Origin: Fimbriimonadales bacterium
GTDB lineage: Bacteria > Armatimonadota > Fimbriimonadia > Fimbriimonadales > ATM1
Direction of reading: 5' to 3'
NCBI GenBank assembly: GCA_041744215.1
Contig: JBGTLG010000025.1
Location: 64,001 to 128,000 of the forward strand
DNA length: 64,000 nt
Part shown: positions 9,525 to 19,122 of the stretch, in pieces
Layout: every line of letters starts with the position of its first letter
How positions within the stretch are numbered: the first letter of the stretch is position 1
Program-made: the position numbers and the translations under genes
Notes under the pieces: generated by a model
Told to the model about the DNA's origin: nothing
Databases searched by the model: none
The model's input: only the letters and a program-made list of their open reading frames with translations

Positions 9525-10061
9525 ATGGAAGTCAACAAAGCCTTAGAAGAGTTGCGGGAGCACATTGAGAAGCCCCGCCAGTTCCTTGGAATCACCTTTG
9601 GGCTCAACAAAGAGGAGTGCATCCTGCTCCTTCGGAAGATTCACGCTGGCTTGCCGGAGGCAATCAAGCTGGCGGAGAAGATCACCCAGGAATCGGACAG
9701 AATTGTGGGCTCCGCAAAGGAAGACGCTACTCTGACGCTTGAAAGGGCGAAGTCCGAGAGCCAACGACTGTTGGACGCCAGCGAGAAGGAGGCCGGACGC
9801 ACCCTGGAGCAAGCCAGGCTTGAGCGTGAGCGCTTAGTGTCTGAGAATGAGATTCTGAAGACCGCCAAGGCCGAAGCTGCAAGGATTCAGGCCGAGGTCG
9901 AAGCCGAGTCGGCCCGCCTGAGAAGGAGCGCAGATGAGTACGCGCTGGATCTCCTCAACAGGGTAGAAGGGGTGGTAAGCAAGGCTCTCACCAGCGTAGA
10001 GCGTGGCAAACAGGAAGTCCTTCGGACGACGCAGGCACCAAAGTCTCCAGCCCCGAAATAG
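9525..10061 (+). CDS. Coiled-coil DivIVA/SepIVA-like protein
   Basis: Long A/E/R-rich coiled coil with LPEAIKLA and ADEYA motifs. Occupies the conserved position between coaD and yceD. Confidence 0.6.
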   Translation: MEVNKALEELREHIEKPRQFLGITFGLNKEECILLLRKIHAGLPEAIKLAEKITQESDRIVGSAKEDATLTLERAKSESQRLLDASEKEAGRTLEQARLERERLVSENEILKTAKAEAARIQAEVEAESARLRRSADEYALDLLNRVEGVVSKALTSVERGKQEVLRTTQAPKSPAPK

Positions 10062-10106
10062 GCAAATCGGTCTGGTAGACTTAGCCCTGCTTTCAGTCCA
10101 ACAGGC

Positions 10107-10625
10107 ATGAAAAAGCCCCCGGTCATCGACCTCAACGATGCAGTCCAGCATCCAGGCAAGCACCTTGACTTCGAGTTGTCTACGATCCTTGAAGAAGAGG
10201 AGGACCTAGATCTGCTCGAGCCCGTAACGGGAAGGCTTGACGCCGTCAGCACCGGCAACCTGTTGCTGATTACAGGGGAGTTTAAAACAAGCGCCGTTGT
10301 TGAATGCTCCAGGTGCCTTGCACCCGTCCAATCCGACATCGCCTTTCACGTCGACGAGCAGTTTCCGGTCGAAGGCGTCCCGTCATCCGGAGGAGGCAAC
10401 ACCTTTGCGCATGTCGAGGCTGAGGAACCGTACCCGCTGTTTCATGGCAACAATCTGCTCTACGAAGAGTTGTTGAGACAGAACCTGCTCCTCGCCCTCC
10501 CTCAACAGGTGTTGTGCAGCGAAGATTGCCCCGGCATCCCCAAAGCCGATGGAGATGAAGTTCACGGCCATCCCGCCTTCGAAAAGTTGCGCCAAATCTC
10601 CTCGCAAGGAGAAAAGACTTCGTGA
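10107..10625 (+). CDS. yceD: DUF177/YceD family protein
   Basis: CSRCL and LCSEDCPG zinc motifs, HPAFEKL tail, located upstream of plsX. Confidence 0.88.
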   Translation: MKKPPVIDLNDAVQHPGKHLDFELSTILEEEEDLDLLEPVTGRLDAVSTGNLLLITGEFKTSAVVECSRCLAPVQSDIAFHVDEQFPVEGVPSSGGGNTFAHVEAEEPYPLFHGNNLLYEELLRQNLLLALPQQVLCSEDCPGIPKADGDEVHGHPAFEKLRQISSQGEKTS

Positions 10626-11632
10626 GGATCGCGCTGGATGCAATGGGGGGCGACCATGCACCAGGAGAGATTCTCGCTGGCGCCATCGCGGCTTCCGATC
10701 AGATCGACGGTGAGATCATTCTGGTGGGCGATACCGAGGCGATCCGCAAGTCGCACCAAGGCAAGCTTCCCGCCAACATTCGCGTGTTGCATGCGTCACA
10801 GACGATCGACATGCACGAAGCGCCGGTCGAAGCATTGCGACGAAAGAAAGACTCTTCGCTCGTTGTCGCCGCAAGTTTGGTGCGCGAACGAGAAGCGGAC
10901 GCGATGATCTCGGCAGGAAACACCGGGGCTGCGACCGCGGCCGCTACGATGTTCTGGAAGTGCTTGCCAGGGATTTCGCGTCCTGCGATCGCTACGGTCT
11001 TCCCATCCAAAACCGGACGCTTCGTCTTTCTTGACAGCGGTGCAACGGTTGATGCCGGCGCGCAAAATCTCCTCGAGTTTGCAATCATGGGCGCCGCATA
11101 TGCACAGACGGTGTTGGGGATTCCGAATCCCCGGATAGGATTATTGAACATCGGTGAAGAAGAGTCAAAAGGCAACGCGCTGACGAAACAATCCTATGCG
11201 CTCTTTAAGGGGCAATTGCCAAACTTTCTTGGCAACGTCGAAGGAAAAGACATGTGGAAAGGCGCGGCAGATGTTGTCGTCTGCGAGGCGTTTGTAGGAA
11301 ACGTTGTGCTGAAGTCATCGGAGGGGCTTGGAGAACTGATTTTTGATTCTATCAAGGACGAACTTTCTGCCAACACCATCAGCAAGATCGCTGCATTTCT
11401 CTTTTTGCGTGCGCCCTTTCGAGAGATAAAGAAAAAAACGGATTACGATGAATACGGCGGCGCGCCATTGCTTGGCGTGAACGGTTTATGCGTTATATGC
11501 CATGGCCGCAGCAATGCCAAGGCAATTCGCAATGCGATACTTGTTGTGAAACGAGAGTACCAAGAACGGATTAATGAGCTAATAGAACGACGAGCCGACG
11601 CGGCGCATGGAGGCGAAGGCGATGTCGCGTAA
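10622..11632 (+). CDS. plsX: Phosphate acyltransferase
   Basis: IALDAMGGDHAP, SAGNTGA, GLLNIGEEESKG, GGAPLLGVNG, HGRS. Confidence 0.96.
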   Translation: MRIALDAMGGDHAPGEILAGAIAASDQIDGEIILVGDTEAIRKSHQGKLPANIRVLHASQTIDMHEAPVEALRRKKDSSLVVAASLVREREADAMISAGNTGAATAAATMFWKCLPGISRPAIATVFPSKTGRFVFLDSGATVDAGAQNLLEFAIMGAAYAQTVLGIPNPRIGLLNIGEEESKGNALTKQSYALFKGQLPNFLGNVEGKDMWKGAADVVVCEAFVGNVVLKSSEGLGELIFDSIKDELSANTISKIAAFLFLRAPFREIKKKTDYDEYGGAPLLGVNGLCVICHGRSNAKAIRNAILVVKREYQERINELIERRADAAHGGEGDVA

Positions 11633-12608
11633 GGCCGTTGTAGAAGGGATTGGGATGGCTGTCGCAGATCGCGTGATGGTCAACAGCGAGTTTGAAAAGT
11701 ACGTCGACACAACCGACGAGTGGATTCGATCGCGCACTGGGATCGTCGAGCGACGAATATCTCAGCCGGATGAACCGTGCAGCTACTTCGCGACGCGCGC
11801 AGCAAAGCAAGCGGTCGAGAACGCAGGCGTTTCTCCAGACGCCATTGACATGATCATCGTAGCAAGCGTGACAGGGGACTACATATTCCCAGCAACCGCA
11901 TCGCTGGTGCAAGAAAGCATCGGTGCAACGCGAGCAGGAGCATTCGATGTCGGTGCAGCTTGCGCAGGCTTCATCTATGCAACTCAAGTCGCGGCATCGA
12001 TGATTGAGAGCGGCGCGATTGACAACGTGCTTGTGGTCGGTGTTGATGTTCTGACGAAATTCATGGACTGGAGCGACAGATCCACATGCATTCTGTTTGG
12101 CGATGGCGGTGGAGCGCTGTTTCTTCGAGCAGAAACAAACTCGGATCGGGGCGTGATCGCTACCGTCATGCGATCTGATGGAGCCGGAGCAAAGCACATA
12201 GACATCAAAGTAGGTGGCTCGCATGCACCAGCTTCATCCCCGAAAGCCGCGACAGAGTCGGCGCGTATCTACATGGAGGGTCGAGAAGTGTATCGATTCG
12301 CCGTGAAGGCGATGGGGGACAGTTGTTGCTCCGTGCTTGAGAAGGCAGGACTGACAGCTGATGATGTCGACCTTTTTGTCCCTCATCAAGCAAATCTCCG
12401 CATTATCCAAGCGGCGTCTGACAGATTGGGACTTCCTCCGGACAAGGTTTTTGTAAATGTGCAGAAGTATGGAAACATGAGCGCTGGCAGCATTCCTGTG
12501 GCTCTATATGAAGCCCAAGAGTCAGGAAAGCTGAAACGTGGCGACCTCGTATTGACAGTTGGATTCGGCGCAGGATTGGTCTGGGGAGCGAATCTGATTC
12601 GCTGGTAA
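11622..12608 (+). CDS. fabH: Beta-ketoacyl-ACP synthase III
   Basis: DTTDEWIRSRTGI, AACAGF, PHQANLRI, YGNMSAGSIP. Confidence 0.96.
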   Translation: MSRKAVVEGIGMAVADRVMVNSEFEKYVDTTDEWIRSRTGIVERRISQPDEPCSYFATRAAKQAVENAGVSPDAIDMIIVASVTGDYIFPATASLVQESIGATRAGAFDVGAACAGFIYATQVAASMIESGAIDNVLVVGVDVLTKFMDWSDRSTCILFGDGGGALFLRAETNSDRGVIATVMRSDGAGAKHIDIKVGGSHAPASSPKAATESARIYMEGREVYRFAVKAMGDSCCSVLEKAGLTADDVDLFVPHQANLRIIQAASDRLGLPPDKVFVNVQKYGNMSAGSIPVALYEAQESGKLKRGDLVLTVGFGAGLVWGANLIRW

Positions 12609-12612
12609 TTCC

Positions 12613-13665
12613 ATGTACACGCTACAGAGATATCGAAAGGTTGCCTTCGGTATTGCGTGCGGACTCCTCGCAGTTGCAAGTTTCTACGTCCTATTGCCAT
12701 TTTGGCAAGCGGTTGCCTGGGGCGCCGCGCTATCGATTATCGCTTATCCGGTCCGGGCGCGACTCGCAAAGCGCATGAGCGACACATGGGCAGCCGCCGT
12801 TACGACGCTGCTAACGCTGCTGTTCATCGTTGGGCCAGTGGTTCTTGTTATGTTTGCGGGGTGGGTTGAGGTCAAGCATGCTCTCGAACACTTGCGAGAC
12901 ATTAGCGCGCATGGATCGGCACAAGAAGGAGCAGCGCAGACGCTTGATGAAATCAACAGTGCTGTTCAGGTCCCTTTGCAGCGTTTTGGCATTACTGAAT
13001 TCAATCTTCGCGAGAGCATTCAAGATATGGTGGATCCAGCCATAAAATCCGCTCCCGCACTTCTCGGGAGAATTGTCAAGAACGCCCTGATCTTTATCTT
13101 CTCCCTTCTGCTATTGTTCTTCATTCTTCGCGATGGACACAAGTTGCAAAAGCCGGCGGCTGACCTGATTCCACTTCCTGAAGCTCAATCCCAGAAGGTT
13201 TTGGATTCGGTTTACGACACGGTTCACGCAACCTTTTATGGCATCGTGCTGATCGCCATACTGAATGGCATATTGATCGGCTTGCTCTTCTTCCTGCTTG
13301 GGCTGCCATCTCCGATACTCTGGGGAATCATTGCCGTCGTAATCTCGATCATGCCCCTTGTCGGCGCGCCCACACTCTATGGGCCTTGGGCCATCTATCT
13401 TGCGATGCAAGGAGAGTGGGCAAAGGCAGTGGTGCTTACGCTCGTTGGGTTCATTGTCATCACTATAATCATAGATAAAGTCTATCGATCCCGCTTGATC
13501 GGTGGTCGCAGCAATCTGCATGAGGTCGTCGTACTCTTCAGCATGGTCGGAGGGGTGCTCGCACTCGGAGCTGTTGGCACATTTCTGGGACCAGTCATTG
13601 TCATCGTCGCGCTCGGGGCCGTCGAGGTCGTGCGCGAAATGGCAGTTGTCGAGGAAACAGCGTAG
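12613..13665 (+). CDS. AI-2E family transporter
   Basis: Multi-TM profile with FFILRDG and GGVLALGAVGTFLGP motifs. Confidence 0.88.
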   Translation: MYTLQRYRKVAFGIACGLLAVASFYVLLPFWQAVAWGAALSIIAYPVRARLAKRMSDTWAAAVTTLLTLLFIVGPVVLVMFAGWVEVKHALEHLRDISAHGSAQEGAAQTLDEINSAVQVPLQRFGITEFNLRESIQDMVDPAIKSAPALLGRIVKNALIFIFSLLLLFFILRDGHKLQKPAADLIPLPEAQSQKVLDSVYDTVHATFYGIVLIAILNGILIGLLFFLLGLPSPILWGIIAVVISIMPLVGAPTLYGPWAIYLAMQGEWAKAVVLTLVGFIVITIIIDKVYRSRLIGGRSNLHEVVVLFSMVGGVLALGAVGTFLGPVIVIVALGAVEVVREMAVVEETA

Positions 13666-14727
13666 TTGTACACGCTCGATCGATACCGTAAAATCGTTTT
13701 TGGCGTTCTGTGCGCAATCGTAGGTATTGCGTGCTTCTATTTGGCGCTGCCGTTGTGGTCTGCTTTCGCCTGGGGGACTGTGCTCGCGATTCTTGTGTTT
13801 CCGATTCACCTTCGATTTCGCGACCGATTTGGTCACACGATCGGAGCGGCGCTGACAACGCTCACCACCCTTCTCTTCATCCTGGTACCTATCGGTCTGG
13901 TCGCGATCGCGCTCATTGCCCAGACACGAGATGTCGCGGCACAGCTGCAGAACTCGACTACTGATGATCGCCCGCTAACAATCCAGAGTTTGGTCACAGA
14001 CGCTGAGGCATTGCTGGAGCCAGCGCTTGCACGCCTTGGTGTCGGCGACTTCGACCTCCATTCGCTGTTGGAAGAAGCTCTTGACTCGTTCTCCAAGGGT
14101 GTCCCAGCCGCGCTCAAAGCTGGAATTGTTGGCCTGCTTAACTTTATCTTCTCCCTCCTGCTTCTGTTCTTTTTGCTGCGGGATGGGCATAAGTTGAAAG
14201 AACCGGTGATTGAATTGATGCCGGTCACAGATGAGAAGGCGCGCTCCATTCTTAAGGTGGTTTATGACACCGTGCATGCAACGTTTTTCAGCACAGTTGT
14301 CGTTGCTCTGATTCAGGGAACGCTGTTGGGCATTGCATTCTGGGTGCTGGGGTTGCCAGCGCCTTTGCTTTGGGGAGTCGCTGGGGCGATCTTGTCGATG
14401 ATTCCCTTCATGGGGACGCCGATATTGTGGGTTCCGGCTTGCATCCTTCTTGCCTCCAGAGGGCAGTGGATCGAGGCGATTGGGCTTATGCTGTTCGGCG
14501 CGTTCGTGATCGGTTTGGTCGATAACGTGCTGAAGCCGGTCATCATCGGCGCGCGGGTTAAGCTTCATACAATCGCTGTTTTCTTCGCGATCGTCGGCGG
14601 CATCGTCACGCTCGGGCCTGTTGGCGTGTTAGTTGGACCCGTATTGCTGAGCGTCGCCTTAGGCGTGATTGAGATTCTGCGCGAGATGGCGGTTCAAGAT
14701 CAGCCGGACGCTGCGCCTCCCGCCTAA
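13666..14727 (+). CDS. AI-2E family transporter (tandem paralog)
   Basis: FFLLRDG, VDNVLKP, GPVGVLVGP. TTG start immediately after the previous stop codon. Confidence 0.88.
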   Translation: MYTLDRYRKIVFGVLCAIVGIACFYLALPLWSAFAWGTVLAILVFPIHLRFRDRFGHTIGAALTTLTTLLFILVPIGLVAIALIAQTRDVAAQLQNSTTDDRPLTIQSLVTDAEALLEPALARLGVGDFDLHSLLEEALDSFSKGVPAALKAGIVGLLNFIFSLLLLFFLLRDGHKLKEPVIELMPVTDEKARSILKVVYDTVHATFFSTVVVALIQGTLLGIAFWVLGLPAPLLWGVAGAILSMIPFMGTPILWVPACILLASRGQWIEAIGLMLFGAFVIGLVDNVLKPVIIGARVKLHTIAVFFAIVGGIVTLGPVGVLVGPVLLSVALGVIEILREMAVQDQPDAAPPA

Positions 14728-16370
14728 ACTTCGATGACCGAAGCGATTACCAGCGGGCGTTTATTCATGGACTTCTTGATGAACTTCCGAGCAACGTCGC
14801 TGATCTCATGATGGAGCGCAGAGGTATCGCGCAGTTCCGCATGGGTAAGTTTATCAAGCATCGTAGCAACGACATCTCGAAGCGAATCAAACTCGCCGTT
14901 GGGTGAGACCATGCCGCGTGCGATAACATCCGGCTTCCCGACGATCTTTCCAGCATCAGGGTCAACAGCTACATGGACGAACAGCACACCGTCGCTCGCA
15001 AGGTTTCCGCGGTCTCTTAACGTTTCGTCTGTGACCCCTGCATATCCGCTTGTATCGACGAGGACACGGCCGCAAGTCACGTTTTCCGCAAAGAACGCTC
15101 CGTCCTTTTCGATGACGAGCCGGTTGCCGTTCTCCATCACAACGATGTTCTCTTCCGAGTAGCCCATCTCTTCTGCGAGCTTCACATAGTGATACTGATG
15201 CCTGGGTTCACCGTGGACTGGCGCAATGTACTGAGGACGAGTGAGGTTGATCATCATCTTCAGCTCTTCGCGGTTTCCGTGACCGCTAACGTGAACGCCT
15301 TCCTCCGGACCGTAAACGACGACAGCACCCTGCCTGAAAAGCCGATTGACCGTTTGCCAAATCGCCGCTTCATTGCCGGGAATCGGCTTGGCTGCGTAGA
15401 TGACTGTGTCGCCTGGTACGATCTGCAAGCGCGAATACTCTTCTCGAGCCATTCGGCTCAGAGCAGCAAGCGGTTCGCCTTGTGTTCCCGTCGTCAGAAT
15501 CACCAATTCTTCGGGAGCGTAATCCGAAATCTCTTCGAGGCGAACCATCACGTCTTTGGGGAGCTTGAGCTTGTCGACGTTTTGCGCGATCTTGACGTTG
15601 CTTTCCATGCTGCGCCCAGCAAGGGCGACTTTGCGGCCGAACTCTTGCGCAACCTCAAATGCTTGACGCACGCGATGCAGATTGCTCGAAAACATCGTCA
15701 TCAGCACGCGACCGGGCGCGTTTCCGATGACGCGGCGAAATCCTTCGTAGACGCTTTTTTCGCTCGGGCACCAGCCCTCGCTCTCGACGTTCGTACAATC
15801 GCTGAGCAACATGAGGACGCCCTGATCGCCGAGTTCGCCGAACCGGGAGAGTTGCGTCAGTTGGCCGTCGATGGGAGTGAAGTCAAATTTGAAGTCGCCC
15901 GTGAAGAGGACCACACCCATATCGGTGTGGAGAGCGATCGAGCAGGCATCGGGGATGCTGTGAGTTACGTGGATCGGCTCCACTTTGAATTCTGCTACAT
16001 CGAACACATCGCCTGGCCGCATCACTCTCAACTCGTATTCGTGAGGGAGCAACTTTTCGGTTAGCTTGCGCTTCGCCATCGCGATGGTGAGCTCCGTCCC
16101 GAATACAGGTGCGCTGATTTCTGGCAAGACGTAGGACAGCGCGCCTACGTGGTCTTCATGACCGTGTGTGAGGACGATGCCTCGTACTTTGTCGCGGTTC
16201 TGCTTTAGAAACTCGAAGTCGGGGATGACGACGTCGACTCCATGCATCTCCTCAGACGGAAAACTAAGCCCGGCGTCGACAACGAGAATGCCTTCACCGA
16301 TTCGCACGGCGGTCATGTTCTTCCCTATCTCCCCGCAACCGCCGAGCGGGATAATTTCGATTCGACTCAC
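14724..16370 (-). CDS. rnj: Ribonuclease J
   Basis: PLGGCGEIGKNM, THGHEDHVG, HSIPD, GTQGEP, HVSGHG, PVHGE. Confidence 0.96.
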   Translation of the reverse strand: MSRIEIIPLGGCGEIGKNMTAVRIGEGILVVDAGLSFPSEEMHGVDVVIPDFEFLKQNRDKVRGIVLTHGHEDHVGALSYVLPEISAPVFGTELTIAMAKRKLTEKLLPHEYELRVMRPGDVFDVAEFKVEPIHVTHSIPDACSIALHTDMGVVLFTGDFKFDFTPIDGQLTQLSRFGELGDQGVLMLLSDCTNVESEGWCPSEKSVYEGFRRVIGNAPGRVLMTMFSSNLHRVRQAFEVAQEFGRKVALAGRSMESNVKIAQNVDKLKLPKDVMVRLEEISDYAPEELVILTTGTQGEPLAALSRMAREEYSRLQIVPGDTVIYAAKPIPGNEAAIWQTVNRLFRQGAVVVYGPEEGVHVSGHGNREELKMMINLTRPQYIAPVHGEPRHQYHYVKLAEEMGYSEENIVVMENGNRLVIEKDGAFFAENVTCGRVLVDTSGYAGVTDETLRDRGNLASDGVLFVHVAVDPDAGKIVGKPDVIARGMVSPNGEFDSLRDVVATMLDKLTHAELRDTSALHHEISDVARKFIKKSMNKRPLVIASVIEV

Positions 16371-16743
16371 GGCCTCATTCTACTATGGGGAGCCTTGCCT
16401 TCGCTTACTGGCTATCGCTGAGGACTTGGAAGACCAGTCAGAATAACGATTCCATGGTTGACGGGTAGGTGGGGAGGTTGTCGAAGGCTCACGAAACTCA
16501 TCGAACTCATCGCCTTGTTTAATTGTTAACGCGGGGCTTCTAAGTTCAAGACTGCTTCTGCGGCTGCCTTTCGGCACAAGGCAGGCAAGAGTTGATTGGT
16601 GCAGCTACACCAGCTATTAAGTCTTTTCGAGAGCGAAAGTCAACCGCCGGACTTGGTTTGTGTCTCACCGTCATCGACCGCTTTCGAGGAATTCTCAAGT
16701 CGAACTCGGCGCGAACCAGGTTGGCGGAGGCTGTATGTCGTGA

Positions 16744-19053
16744 TCACTTGATCTCGGCAGGCGGAGCAGTTTCGGGTTCAGATTTGCGATGAGACCTTCG
16801 CGTATCAGCAACTTCGACATTCTGTATCGCCATCTCCAATTGCGCGAGCATCCAGGAGATCGTCGATTCGGCACCGAGGTTTCGATTTGCACCAATCGGG
16901 GTGAGTCCATCTCTGCACCCACCGCTTGCGGCCTCAACAAGTGGGGTTCCCAGGACATTTCGGCCAAGGAACCATTCGTAGGCTGCCTGCATCCTCTCGG
17001 TCCACTTCGTATCATCGCTGATTGCGTACGCTTTCGCAGCCGCGGAAACCAGTGCGACAGCATCGACGGGCTGCTGGTCAAAAATCGCTCGGCTTTCTCC
17101 ATGCGACCACCAACCGTCGCTTCCGATAAGCGACACACACTTCTGTTTCGAGTCCCAACATGCTGAAAAGAGCCACGCAAGCGAAGCCAGCCCGATCTTT
17201 CGAAAACTGCCCGTTTCGTCGTACGGCGCCATCGCGAGAAGCGCTTCGGGCTTTCGCGCATTGTCGTACGCGAGGATCGTTTCGAACCACCGCCAATCTT
17301 CTACCGCCACTTTTGAATAGAGCGCTGCGATCCGAGACGCAAGCAACAGGCCGAGTTTTCGAACATGCGCGTCTCCAGGGTACTTATCAAGATAGGCAGC
17401 GCATCCGAGAGCACCGAACGCCCACGATCGCGGACTCTTTGCCCGTCGCAACCAAGGGGCAACTTCTCCAAACAGTTCAAACGCGCAGCGCATCATGTCT
17501 TCGTCAGGCGCTTGGGCAACTGCCACACCCAACGCCCAGACTGCGCGGCCGTGCGAATCGTCCGCGCCGGCTTTCTCCAGCCAGCGACGCTCGAACGACA
17601 TAAAGTTACGCATGCGACTGCTGCTCGGACTCTTGGCGTGCAAAATGAACTCGAGTGACTTTCGCGCAATGCGATTCGCTTCTGGCAGGCCAGATAGCTT
17701 GAATTCGTAGCACGCAGCAATCAGCGCGCGCGCATTGTCGTCAGTGCAATAGCCGTGGTTTCTATCGGCAACAGAATGGCGCGCATGCTGCAACACGCCG
17801 ACGTCGTCGGTGATGGCGCTGAGGTGCGCCCACTCCCTGGAACTGACGCTCACCGTCGGCCGATCTGATGCAGGAAACGCCAAACGCTGTCCGCACAAAA
17901 TGTCCGATGCGGCGGAACGCGTGGCCTTCCCAACGTTTTCCCAAGTGAAAGAGCGCCCATACTTGTATGCGGCCTTGCGAATCTTGACCGTCATCGCGCC
18001 GTCGGAAAGCGCGGCGCGCATGTTCTCAGCCAACGTGTCGGGATCATTGAACGGCGTCAGGATGCCGCGACCCGACGAGAGCAGTTCCTTAGCGGCGACG
18101 TATGGTGTCGCGATCACCGCTTTCCCTGCGCCCGTCGCGAACGCGAGCGGGCCCGAACTCACCTGCGCAGGATCGGGATAGGGAGAAATGTAGATGTCGG
18201 CCGCTTGCAGATACTCGGCAAGCTCGGTGTCTGAAACGTATTTGTTTACAAAGCGAACGTTTTTCGTAAGTCCAAGTGTCTCGGTTTGTGCGATCAAGCG
18301 TTCCCGATACGCTTCCCCTTCATGACGCAGCAGACCGGGGTGCGTCGCGCCAACGATCAGATACATCACGTCTGGAAAATCATCCACGATTTTTGCGAGC
18401 GCGTTAAGCGCCATCTCGATGCCTTTGCCTGGACCCAAGTGACCAAACGTAAGCATCACTTTCTGACCTGTCAGATCAATGGTCTCTTTATAAAACTCCG
18501 GATCAGAAAACGGAAGGTCGGGCGCGCCGTGCGGAATGTGCACGATCTTGCGCTTCGAAACACCATAAACCTCTTCGAGTGTTGGGATCGCTGACTTTGA
18601 AAGCACGATCATCTCGGACGCCAATTCACCCAGCGCTGCCAGCGTGTCGCGCTGTCCGGGCGTTGGTTCGGGAAGAACTGTGTGCAGCGTTGCGACGAGC
18701 GGCTTCTCAAGTTTGCGAACGAAGTCTAAGATCCACTCGCCATCTGGCCCGCCGAAGATTCCATATTCGTGCTGCAGAACGACAACGTCGATTGGTGCGC
18801 GGTTCAAATAGTCTGCGGCAACAGCGTAATCCGCTTGCACATCCGCGCGAATCTCAAACCCAACTTCGTCAGGATAACTGTAGGCTGTGTCCGCGTCGGT
18901 CATCGCAACGACAAGCGGCAACTTTTCCTCGTATACGCCTGCCTTAGCGTACGCCGCGCCAACAAGCTGCGCAAACGTGGCGAGGCCGCACTTGCGAGGG
19001 ACATACGTGCTAACGATCGCGAGCCGAGGCTCGTTGCGTAAAGATTTTCTCAA
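16744..19053 (-). CDS. Glycosyltransferase family 4 fused to a C-terminal glycoside-hydrolase-like domain
   Basis: N-terminal PRKCGLATF, QHEYGIFGG, QVSSGPL. C-terminal GYCTDDNARA, DSHGRA, YDNA, DQQP, GCRDGL, NLGAEST. AAGGAG RBS before the TTG start. Confidence 0.85.
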   Translation of the reverse strand: MRKSLRNEPRLAIVSTYVPRKCGLATFAQLVGAAYAKAGVYEEKLPLVVAMTDADTAYSYPDEVGFEIRADVQADYAVAADYLNRAPIDVVVLQHEYGIFGGPDGEWILDFVRKLEKPLVATLHTVLPEPTPGQRDTLAALGELASEMIVLSKSAIPTLEEVYGVSKRKIVHIPHGAPDLPFSDPEFYKETIDLTGQKVMLTFGHLGPGKGIEMALNALAKIVDDFPDVMYLIVGATHPGLLRHEGEAYRERLIAQTETLGLTKNVRFVNKYVSDTELAEYLQAADIYISPYPDPAQVSSGPLAFATGAGKAVIATPYVAAKELLSSGRGILTPFNDPDTLAENMRAALSDGAMTVKIRKAAYKYGRSFTWENVGKATRSAASDILCGQRLAFPASDRPTVSVSSREWAHLSAITDDVGVLQHARHSVADRNHGYCTDDNARALIAACYEFKLSGLPEANRIARKSLEFILHAKSPSSSRMRNFMSFERRWLEKAGADDSHGRAVWALGVAVAQAPDEDMMRCAFELFGEVAPWLRRAKSPRSWAFGALGCAAYLDKYPGDAHVRKLGLLLASRIAALYSKVAVEDWRWFETILAYDNARKPEALLAMAPYDETGSFRKIGLASLAWLFSACWDSKQKCVSLIGSDGWWSHGESRAIFDQQPVDAVALVSAAAKAYAISDDTKWTERMQAAYEWFLGRNVLGTPLVEAASGGCRDGLTPIGANRNLGAESTISWMLAQLEMAIQNVEVADTRRSHRKSEPETAPPAEIK

Positions 19054-19122
19054 GGCGCTCCACTCCTTCTTGCGGACTCAAAAATAAGGCGGCGACCGTT
19101 TACATTACGCCAGCGGCCCCGA

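Noticed and set aside
16417-16645. Hammerhead ribozyme
   Set aside because: CTGAGGA and CGAAA pieces exist but do not assemble into a CUGANGA-stem-GAAA-stem-UH core.
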